Origin: Variovorax sp.
Lineage (GTDB): Bacteria > Pseudomonadota > Gammaproteobacteria > Burkholderiales > Burkholderiaceae_C
Reading direction: 5' to 3'
NCBI RefSeq assembly: GCF_035634955.1
Contig: NZ_DASQBZ010000022.1
Coordinates: 100,730 to 164,729 of the forward strand
Length of the DNA: 64,000 nt
The notes under the pieces were generated by a model. That model was not told where the DNA came from, searched no databases, and worked only from the letters and a program-made list of their open reading frames with translations. How positions within the stretch are numbered: the stretch's first letter is position 1; every line of letters starts with the position of its first letter. A program made the position numbers and the translations under genes. Positions 9,334 to 16,908 of the stretch are shown here, piece after piece.

Positions 9334-10370
9334 GGGGTGGCCGCCGCGACGCGCCGGGTCAACTCGTCGCTGCTGGGCAGCCGCAGGCCCAGGCTGCGCG
9401 CCACGTTGCCGTTGACGCTGACCGTCGACGGCCGGGCCGCCTCCACCAGCAAGGCCTCGTCCGGGCCGGCCACCAGCCGGCGCCCCAGCGCCTGTGCCTG
9501 CCGCGCCATCTGCGCCGGGCCGCACAGCGCGGACGCCAACGCGCCGGAGCGAACCATCGCGTCGCTGGCGCCGAACACCGGCACGCCGGCGCCGGCGGCC
9601 GCACGCAACACCGCGGCAGTGGCGGCGGCGTCGTCGCCGATGGCGTCGGGCAGCAACAGCAGGGCATCGCTGGCGGGCAGCACGTCACGCAGCGCGGGGC
9701 CGATGGCCTGCACGTCGGCGGCCGTGGCCACGTTCAGTGTCCAGGCGCTGCCCGCGGCCTGCTCCAGCGCCTGCACCAGCGGCTGCGACTGCGCCGCCGC
9801 CAGCACGCCCAGGCGGCGCCCCTGCGGCAGCGCCGCGGCGACCAGCCTCAGTTGCGCCGCCATGGAAGGGTCGCGCAGCAGCACGGCCACGCGCCGGCCG
9901 GCGCGGTGCAGGCCGGGGCTGGACTTGAGTTGCTCGTACTCGAGCTGGCTGAGCATGGCCAGCAGCAGCGGGTCGGCGCCGTCGCGCTCGACCGCCGAGC
10001 GCGCCGCTTCCGCACCGACCGCCACCGTCGTCGCCGCGCCGGCCGGGGCCGTGGCGGGTGCGATCCGGCCGCGGGTCCGCACGCCGGCATTCGCGGCCTC
10101 CTGGCCGGTCTCGTTGTCGGGCGCGAGCACGACCGCGGCTGCGGTGGTGCCGGCGCCGTCCAGCCGTATCACGCGGAAGTCGCCGCCCGGCTCCTCGAGC
10201 GTTCGCAGCTGGCGCACGAACTCGTCGTCGGCCGCGCCGCCGGCGGTCAGCACGGTCACGCGCGCCGATGCCGCCTGCGCCAGGCCAGGCGGCACGCCGG
10301 TCAGGATGAGCAGCACGGCGACGAGTGCCCGCAGGGCACCGGCGACGGTCCGCACGCTTTCGAGAAGCAT
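9330..10370 (-). CDS. Periplasmic ABC-type substrate-binding-like protein
   Basis: Signal peptide. C-terminal half 'DALLLLPDAIG..VPVFGASDAMVRSGALAS..VSVNGNVARSLGLRLP' resembles the ABC_sub_bind family. Stop overlaps the kinase 1 start. Confidence 0.7.
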   Translation of the reverse strand: MLLESVRTVAGALRALVAVLLILTGVPPGLAQAASARVTVLTAGGAADDEFVRQLRTLEEPGGDFRVIRLDGAGTTAAAVVLAPDNETGQEAANAGVRTRGRIAPATAPAGAATTVAVGAEAARSAVERDGADPLLLAMLSQLEYEQLKSSPGLHRAGRRVAVLLRDPSMAAQLRLVAAALPQGRRLGVLAAAQSQPLVQALEQAAGSAWTLNVATAADVQAIGPALRDVLPASDALLLLPDAIGDDAAATAAVLRAAAGAGVPVFGASDAMVRSGALASALCGPAQMARQAQALGRRLVAGPDEALLVEAARPSTVSVNGNVARSLGLRLPSSDELTRRVAAATP

Positions 10371-10467
10371 GAAGGTTCACCGCGGTGAGGATCGCCTGAC
10401 TGTAGGGACGCGGCTGGGTTCGCGCGATAAGGCGGAGGGCTTATGTCGCGTGCGTGGCGGCCCTGCG

Positions 10468-10500
10468 GGCATGCGCGCTATGCCGATCGGCATAGCTCAC
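10468..10500. promoter_or_regulatory. Dyad element GGCAT-N7-ATGCCG overlapping a perfect 20-bp palindrome (10477-10496)
   Basis: GGCATGCGCGCTATGCCG at 10468-10485 and GCTATGCCGATCGGCATAGC at 10477-10496, in the gap upstream of the SBP-kinase 1-GT operon. Near-identical element at 60777-60794. Confidence 0.55.
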
Positions 10501-10538
10501 GGGGATGAGGGGCGCGCCGCACGTCCCCGGAATCCGGT

Positions 10539-12446
10539 TCAGGCCGGTATGCGCAGCGCCGCCAGCTGCGCGCCGATGGCCTGGCGCAGCGCCCTCGGCG
10601 AGACCGGTTTGTAGAGCACCATCACGCCGGCCTGGGCGACTTCGCGCAGGCGGTCCGGCTTGGTCTCGCCGGTGACCAGCAGCCGCGCGGTGCCCGCGCC
10701 GATGCCGCGCGGGTGCTTCTCCAGCGCGGCCAGCACGTCCAGCCCGTTGTCGCCGCCTTGCAGCAGCAGGTCGGAGACCACCGCATCGGGCGGCGCGGCC
10801 CACTGGTCGGCCAGCGCCAGCGCCTCGGCGCGCGACTGCGCGGCCATGACCTCCATGCCCCAGTTCGTCAGCACGACCTGCAGGCCTTCGAGGATGGTGC
10901 GCTCGTCGTCGATCACCAGCACCCGCACGCCGGCCAGGTCGCCGGGCATCGGATCCGCCGGCGCCAGCGCCGCCGGCTCCGACGGTTGCGCATCGGCCAC
11001 CGGTTCGACCGCGCGCACCAGCATCCGCACGCGGGTGCCGCGGCCGGGCACCGAGGCGAGGTCGACGCGCGTGTTGAGCAGCGCCGTCAGCCGCTTGACG
11101 GTCGACAGCCCCAGGCCCATGCCGCGCGGCGAGCCGCTCTTGCGCTGCGGATCGATCTGGAAGAATTCCTCGAACACCCGGGCCTGGTGCTGCGGCGCGA
11201 TGCCCACGCCGGTGTCCCACACCTCGATGCGCACGCCGCGCCCGCGCCGGCGCGCCCCGACCAGGATGCCGCCTTCGTTCGTGTGGCGCAGCGAGTTCGA
11301 CACCAGGTTGTTGAGGATGCGCGAGAGCATCACGTAGTCGCAGCGCACCCAGAGGTCGGTCTTGCGCACCACCAGGCGCAGGCCCTGCTGCTCGGCCACG
11401 TTGCGGAAGTTGCGGCTGATCTCGTCGAACAGCCGGTCCAGCGGGAAGTCGGACCATTGCGGCTGCAGCACCCCGGCGTCGAGCTGCGACAGGTTCAGCA
11501 GTTCGGAGAACAGGCGGTCCAGAGAGTCCACGCATTCGCGGATGTGGCCGATGCGCGCCAGGCGCACCGGGTCGGTCTCGCCGTTGGCCAGGCCGTCGGA
11601 GAACAGGGTGAGCGCATGCAGCGGCTGGCGCAGGTCGTGGCTGGCGGCCGCCAGCAGCCTTGTCTTGGCCTGGCTCGCCACCTCGAGCTGCTGGTTCTTG
11701 CGGGCCAGCTCGGCGGTGGCCTCGCCAATGCGGCTTTGCAGCATCCGCCGGCTTTCTGCCAGCGCCATGGCCGCCTGGTTGAAGCCGTGCTGCAGGCGCC
11801 GGACCTCGGCGGTGCCGGCCACCGCCACCTGGGCATCCTCGCCGGCGCCGAGGCGGTCGACCGCCTCGCCCAGGCGCCGGATCGGTGCGCTGATGCGGCG
11901 CGCCGCCCACCAGCCGGCGAGCCCGACGCCGGCCAGGATGGCGCCGAGCACCAGCAGCACGTTGAGGAAGACGGCCTTGCGCGCAACGGTGACTTCGTCG
12001 AGGCTGATCTCCACCATCACCATGCCGCGGTTGGCGCCGTTGTCGCCGGTGATGGGCGAGTACACGCTCAGGCCCTCGCCGCGCCGCATGTCCGACGTCT
12101 GCGCGTCGGCCAGGATCTCGCCGTCGCTGGTGCGGATCTGCACCTGGTGGATGTGCGGCTGCGAGGCGCCGGCCTGCACCGTGCGCAGCAGGGCGCGCCG
12201 GTCCATCTGCGCCAGCGGCCCCTGCGCCAGGGAGGCGACCTGCAGCGCCACCGCCTGCGCGCTGGTGCGCATCAGTTCGGTCACGTTGGCCAGGTGCTGG
12301 CGCGTCAGGACCACGATGGCGCCGGCGGTGGCCAGCACCGCCGGCAGCACCGCCAGCAGCACCAGCTGCTGCGCCAGCGACAGCCGCGGCAGGCGTTGCA
12401 ACAGGCGCGTTGTGGGCGCGGCCGGCGCATTGGAAGAAGATGCCAT
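10539..12446 (-). CDS. Hybrid sensor histidine kinase 2 (2 TM, HAMP, HisKA, HATPase, REC)
   Basis: 'SHDLRQPLHAL', 'NNLVSNSLRH', 'DTGVGI', 'GMGLGL', receiver 'LVIDDE..VVSDLLL..LYKPV'. Same architecture as kinase 1. Confidence 0.92.
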   Translation of the reverse strand: MASSSNAPAAPTTRLLQRLPRLSLAQQLVLLAVLPAVLATAGAIVVLTRQHLANVTELMRTSAQAVALQVASLAQGPLAQMDRRALLRTVQAGASQPHIHQVQIRTSDGEILADAQTSDMRRGEGLSVYSPITGDNGANRGMVMVEISLDEVTVARKAVFLNVLLVLGAILAGVGLAGWWAARRISAPIRRLGEAVDRLGAGEDAQVAVAGTAEVRRLQHGFNQAAMALAESRRMLQSRIGEATAELARKNQQLEVASQAKTRLLAAASHDLRQPLHALTLFSDGLANGETDPVRLARIGHIRECVDSLDRLFSELLNLSQLDAGVLQPQWSDFPLDRLFDEISRNFRNVAEQQGLRLVVRKTDLWVRCDYVMLSRILNNLVSNSLRHTNEGGILVGARRRGRGVRIEVWDTGVGIAPQHQARVFEEFFQIDPQRKSGSPRGMGLGLSTVKRLTALLNTRVDLASVPGRGTRVRMLVRAVEPVADAQPSEPAALAPADPMPGDLAGVRVLVIDDERTILEGLQVVLTNWGMEVMAAQSRAEALALADQWAAPPDAVVSDLLLQGGDNGLDVLAALEKHPRGIGAGTARLLVTGETKPDRLREVAQAGVMVLYKPVSPRALRQAIGAQLAALRIPA

Positions 12447-12641
12447 TCGTCCGAACTTGGTTAGTGGTATCTAATTGTGTGCCTGCCGACGGTGCTTGAC
12501 CACCGGGCATTGGGCCTGTTCCTTCAGGCCGCCGTATCTGGAACACCGATGACGCTCGTCCGTTTCGCGAACTGCCTGCCGGCGCGACTGCTGCCTTCCC
12601 CCTCCAGCGACCCGTCGCGCGGGCAACGGATTGTCGGCTGG

Positions 12642-13706
12642 ATGCAGCGCCTGCGCCGCATCGCCGCGCTTCTGGTGCTTGCGCTGCCGGGCCTGCCGTC
12701 CATGGTCCATGCCCAGGACGGCGTGATCGAGGTGCCGGCCGTCGGCGGCGTGGTGATGGGCGCGCCGCTGCGCTTCGGCATCCTGCCGCTGGGCGGCGCC
12801 TTCGAGTCGCGCAACGACTGGGGACCGGTGCTGGCCGATTTGAGCCGCGCCATCGGCCGGCCGGTGAGCGTGCTGTCCGTCACCTCGTACGGCGCGCTGG
12901 AGGAGGCGATCCGCCGCAACGAGGTGGACATGGCCTTCCTGTCCGGGCGCATGGCGCTGGACGCGGTCACCCAGCACGGGATGATGGTGGTGGCGCAGGT
13001 CACGCGGCACGACGGCCTGCCCGGCTACCGCGCGCTGCTGCTGGCGCGCAAGGGCGACGCGCCGGCCTCGCTGGATGCGCTGCTCGCCGAGCCCGAGCGG
13101 TGGCGCATCGCGCGCGGCGAGCGGCGCTCGGTGTCGGGCTTCATCGTCCCGCAACTGCAGTTGTTCCTGCCACGCCACATCCAGATGGAGACCCGCTTTC
13201 GCAGCGAACTGGTGGGCACGCACCAGTACACCGCACTGGCGGTGGCCAACGGCGACGCCGACGTGGCCACCAACAACACCGCCGACTTGGAGCGCTTCCG
13301 GCTGCAGTTCCCGTCCGAGGCCGCCCGGCTGCGCGTGCTGTGGCAGTCCGAGCTGATCCCGCACGCGCAGATCGTCATGCGCCGCAGCTATCCGCCGGCG
13401 TTCCAGCAGCAGGTGCGCGACTTCCTGGTCGGCTACGGCCGCGCCCCCGGTCCCACCGGCGATGCCGAGCGCGCCCTGCTCAAGTCGCTGCACGACCTGG
13501 CCGGCTTCGTCGCAGCCGACGACGCCTCGCTGCGGCCGGCCGCCGAACTGGCCTACCAGTTGGCGCGCCAGAGCGCGATGGAAGCGCAATGGGTCGACAC
13601 CGCGTCGCGCGATGCACGGCTGGCGCGGCTGGCGCGCGAGTACGAGGAACAGATGCGCCTGCTCGGAGCGGGCGCCGGCGGCGACGATCGCCCGCCCGGG
13701 AAATAG
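12642..13706 (+). CDS. PhnD-like phosphonate/phosphate/phosphite-binding protein (orphan)
   Basis: Signal peptide MQRLRRIAALLVLALPGLPSMVHA. 'LRFGILP', 'RSVSGFIVP', 'HQYTALAVANGDADVATNNT'. Alternative start at 12549. No phnC/phnE in the window. Confidence 0.8.
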   Translation: MQRLRRIAALLVLALPGLPSMVHAQDGVIEVPAVGGVVMGAPLRFGILPLGGAFESRNDWGPVLADLSRAIGRPVSVLSVTSYGALEEAIRRNEVDMAFLSGRMALDAVTQHGMMVVAQVTRHDGLPGYRALLLARKGDAPASLDALLAEPERWRIARGERRSVSGFIVPQLQLFLPRHIQMETRFRSELVGTHQYTALAVANGDADVATNNTADLERFRLQFPSEAARLRVLWQSELIPHAQIVMRRSYPPAFQQQVRDFLVGYGRAPGPTGDAERALLKSLHDLAGFVAADDASLRPAAELAYQLARQSAMEAQWVDTASRDARLARLAREYEEQMRLLGAGAGGDDRPPGK

Positions 13707-13714
13707 CCCCCGCG

Positions 13715-14044
13715 CTACAGCGCCTTGAGCAGGCTGCCGGACACGTAGATCTTCAGGCCCAGTTCCGGGGGCTCGCAGCTGAGCCTGAAGGCGCTGTCGC
13801 CGATCGGCTTGCCGCGCCAGGTGAGCGTGAACATCGCGTCGCTGCCGAATGCCGACGGCGTCGAGAAATCGTGCCGCGTCACTTCCATGATCACCTGCGC
13901 CTCGTCATCGGACTGGTCGATCTCGCCGCGATAGAAATGCAGCTCGTCCGCGCCGACGAAGGCGCGCCCGCGGATCAGGATCGCGGTGGTGCCCAGCGCA
14001 CCCTTGCTGGTCGTGAACAGGGCTTCGTAGATTCCGTCTTGCAT
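13715..14044 (-). CDS. GrlR-family-like small beta-barrel protein
   Basis: N-terminus MQDGIYEALF..GTTAILIRGRAFVGAD..YRG parallels my recollection of EHEC GrlR (MKDGIYSIIF..GEGILIKNGNMITGGD..YQG). Similar length (109 aa). Confidence 0.55.
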   Translation of the reverse strand: MQDGIYEALFTTSKGALGTTAILIRGRAFVGADELHFYRGEIDQSDDEAQVIMEVTRHDFSTPSAFGSDAMFTLTWRGKPIGDSAFRLSCEPPELGLKIYVSGSLLKAL

Positions 14045-14075
14045 GGCTGTCTTCCTTGCATCCCAAGCACATCAC

Positions 14076-14095
14076 ACACGCGCGGCCGCGCGTGT
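14076..14095. promoter_or_regulatory. Perfect 20-bp palindrome in the grlR-like/tssK divergent promoter region
   Basis: ACACGCGCGGCCGCGCGTGT is its own reverse complement. Confidence 0.4.
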
Positions 14096-14260
14096 AGGAG
14101 TGGCGCCTGAACCCCCATCCGAGGCGTGCGCGCACCGGCGAAGACTAGGACCTTCGCACTAGGGGCGCGCCGTCGGCTAGTCCATAGGACGGATTTGCCC
14201 CGCGCGGCAAGGGTCCGAAACTTCGCGTCTGCGGCACCCCTGCCGACGCATGGAGCGCGG

Positions 14261-15589
14261 ATGAGCTGGCGAACAAAAGTGGTGTGGAGCGAGGGGATGC
14301 TGTTGCAGCCCCAGCACCTTCAGCAAAGCGAGCGCCATGCCGACCATGCCCGCCATTTGCTGCTGCGCAGCACCGTCGCCCACGGTCGCGGCTTCGCCGA
14401 ACTGGAGATCGACAGCGCGGCGCTGGCGCTGGGCAAGCTGGCCCTAGTGCGCGCGGTCGGTGTGTTCGGCGACGGCACGCCGTTCGACATGCCGGCGGTG
14501 GACCCGCTGCCCGAAGCAATCGAGATCGCCGGCGCGGCCAGGAGCGAGGACATCGTGCTGGCGCTGCCGCTGCGCCGGGCCGGCGCGCGCGAGTCCGACG
14601 CCGAAGGCTACGAGGACCTGGTGCGCCACCGCGTGCTCGAAGTGGAAGTGCCCGACGCCAACACCGCCGGCGAGCGCAGCGCCACGTTGCAGCTGGGCGC
14701 GCTGCACACGCGCCTGATGCGCGCCGGCGACGCCACCGATGCCTGGACCACGCTGCGCATCGCGCGCGTGGTCGAGCGCCGCGTGGACAACCAGGTCGCG
14801 CTCGATCGCAACCTCGTGCCTCCGCTGCTCGACGTGGCCGCGCACGCGTTGCCGCGCAGCTGGCTGGACGAACTGCTCGGCCTGCTGCGCCAGCGCGGCG
14901 ACGAGCTGGCCGGCTCGCTCACCGCGGGGGGCACCGGCGGCGTGGCCGAGATCGCCGACTTCCTCATGCTGCAGACCATCAACCGTCACGAGGCGCTGTT
15001 CGCGCACCTGGCGCAGCCGGGGCTGCTTCATCCGCAGCGGCTGTTCGAGCACGCGCTGGCACTGGCCGGCGACCTGGCGACCTTCCGCGACGGACGCCGC
15101 ACCGCGCGCTTCGGCCCCTACGTGCACGACGACCTGGCGCTGTCGTTCCGACCGGTCATGGACGACCTGCGGCGCAGCTTCTCGATGGTGATCGAGCGCG
15201 CGGCCATCCGCATCGACCTGCACGAGCGCAAGAACAACGTGCACGTGGCGCTCATCAAGGACGTGGAGCTGCAACGCAAAGCCACGTTCGTGCTGGCCGT
15301 CAATGCGCAGATGCCGGGCGAGGCGCTGCGCGCACGCTTTCCCACGCAGGTCACCATCGGGCCGGTCGAGCGCATCCGCGACCTGGTCACGCTGGCGCTG
15401 CCCGGCGTCGCACTGGCGGCGATGCCGGTGGCGCCGCGCCAGATCCCGTTCCACACGGGCGCCAGCTACTTCGAGCTGGAGACGCGCAACAGCGACTTGT
15501 GGCGCCAGCTCGAGCAATCGGGCGGCATGGCGATGCATGTGGCCGGCGATTTCCCCGGGCTCGAACTCTCCTTCTGGGCCGTGCGATGA
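14261..15589 (+). CDS. tssK: T6SS baseplate subunit TssK
   Basis: N-terminal 'KVVWSEGMLLQPQHLQQ', C-terminal 'HVAGDFPGLELSFWAVR'. Confidence 0.95.
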   Translation: MSWRTKVVWSEGMLLQPQHLQQSERHADHARHLLLRSTVAHGRGFAELEIDSAALALGKLALVRAVGVFGDGTPFDMPAVDPLPEAIEIAGAARSEDIVLALPLRRAGARESDAEGYEDLVRHRVLEVEVPDANTAGERSATLQLGALHTRLMRAGDATDAWTTLRIARVVERRVDNQVALDRNLVPPLLDVAAHALPRSWLDELLGLLRQRGDELAGSLTAGGTGGVAEIADFLMLQTINRHEALFAHLAQPGLLHPQRLFEHALALAGDLATFRDGRRTARFGPYVHDDLALSFRPVMDDLRRSFSMVIERAAIRIDLHERKNNVHVALIKDVELQRKATFVLAVNAQMPGEALRARFPTQVTIGPVERIRDLVTLALPGVALAAMPVAPRQIPFHTGASYFELETRNSDLWRQLEQSGGMAMHVAGDFPGLELSFWAVR

Positions 15590-16908
15590 CCGCCCCTGAT
15601 CCGTTCTCGGGGGAGGCCGAGCGCACGGTGATCAAGCCGCGGCCGCGCCAGCCTGCGGGGGCGCCGGCGACGGTTGCGGGCGGTGCGGCTGCGGCGCCGG
15701 TGCCGATGGACATGGGTGCGCTGGGGCTGGTCAATCCGCTGGTGTCGGCGGCGGGGCGGTTGCTGGTGCTGATCGGCAAGCTGCGCAACCTGGTGCAGCC
15801 GCGCGACGTGGCCACGCTGCGCGCATCGACCGCCGATGCAGTGAACCAGTTCGACGCCGACGCGCGCCGCGCGGGCATCGGCAACGAGTCGGTGCTGGCG
15901 GCGCGCTACGTGCTGTGCACGGCGCTCGACGAGGCGGCGGCCAACACGCCTTGGGGTTCGCAGGGCGGGTGGAACAAGCACAGCCTGCTGGTGCAGTTCC
16001 ACAACGAGGCGTGGGGCGGCGAGAAGGTGTTCCAGCTGCTGGCCAGGCTGGCGCAGGACGTGCCCCGGCACCGCGACCTGCTCGAACTCGTCTACTGCGT
16101 GCTCGCGCTCGGCTTCGAGGGGCGCTACCGCGTGCTCGACAACGGCCGCGCGCAGCTGGACAACGTGCGCCAGCGGCTGGCCGACCTGATCGCGAAGGAC
16201 AGGCCGGCAACCGAGCCGGCGCTGTCCCCGCATTGGCAAGGCGCCGGGGCGGGCAGCGTGCGGCTGCGCGACACGCTGCCCCTGTGGGTCGTGGGCGCGC
16301 TGTTCCTGCTGGTGCTGGCGCTGGCCTGGTTCGGCATGCGCCTGTGGGTCAACAACCGGTCCGACCAGACCTATGCCGACGTGTCCTCGCTGCGCGTGCC
16401 GCAGCTGCAGATCGCCCCGCCGGCCGCGGTGATCCCGGCGAAGGCGCCGCGGCTGGCGAAGTTCCTCGAAGCCGAGGTCAGGCAGGGCCTGGTGACCGTG
16501 ACCGACGAAGCCGACCGCAGCACCGTGCGCCTGAGCGGCGACAGCTTCTTCGCCTCGGGCAGCGCCGAGCCGCGGGCGGCCGCGCTGCCGGTGCTGGCGC
16601 GCATCGGGGAGGCGCTGGCCGAGGTGCCGGGCGAAGTGCTGATCACCGGCCATTCGGACAACGTGCCGATCCGCTCGATGCGCTACCCATCCAACTGGCA
16701 CTTGTCCGCCGCGCGTGCCGACGCCGTCAAGGGCGCCTTGTCGAGCCGGGTCGAGCCCGCCCGCATGCGGGCCGAGGGCCGCGCCGACGCCGAGCCCGTC
16801 GCGCCCAACGACACGCCGGCCAACCGCGCCCGCAACCGCCGCGTCGAGATCGTGCTGCTGGCCCCGCCCGAGCGGGTGGCCGCGCAGACGCCGGAGCCCA
16901 GGCGATGA
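15586..16908 (+). CDS. tssL: T6SS TssL (DotU domain, TM, OmpA-like peptidoglycan-binding domain)
   Basis: ATGA overlap with tssK. 'SLLVQFHNEAWGGEKVF', 'CVLALGFEGRY', OmpA-like 'TGHSDNVP..SNWHLSAARA..NRRVEI'. Confidence 0.95.
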   Translation: MTAPDPFSGEAERTVIKPRPRQPAGAPATVAGGAAAAPVPMDMGALGLVNPLVSAAGRLLVLIGKLRNLVQPRDVATLRASTADAVNQFDADARRAGIGNESVLAARYVLCTALDEAAANTPWGSQGGWNKHSLLVQFHNEAWGGEKVFQLLARLAQDVPRHRDLLELVYCVLALGFEGRYRVLDNGRAQLDNVRQRLADLIAKDRPATEPALSPHWQGAGAGSVRLRDTLPLWVVGALFLLVLALAWFGMRLWVNNRSDQTYADVSSLRVPQLQIAPPAAVIPAKAPRLAKFLEAEVRQGLVTVTDEADRSTVRLSGDSFFASGSAEPRAAALPVLARIGEALAEVPGEVLITGHSDNVPIRSMRYPSNWHLSAARADAVKGALSSRVEPARMRAEGRADAEPVAPNDTPANRARNRRVEIVLLAPPERVAAQTPEPRR

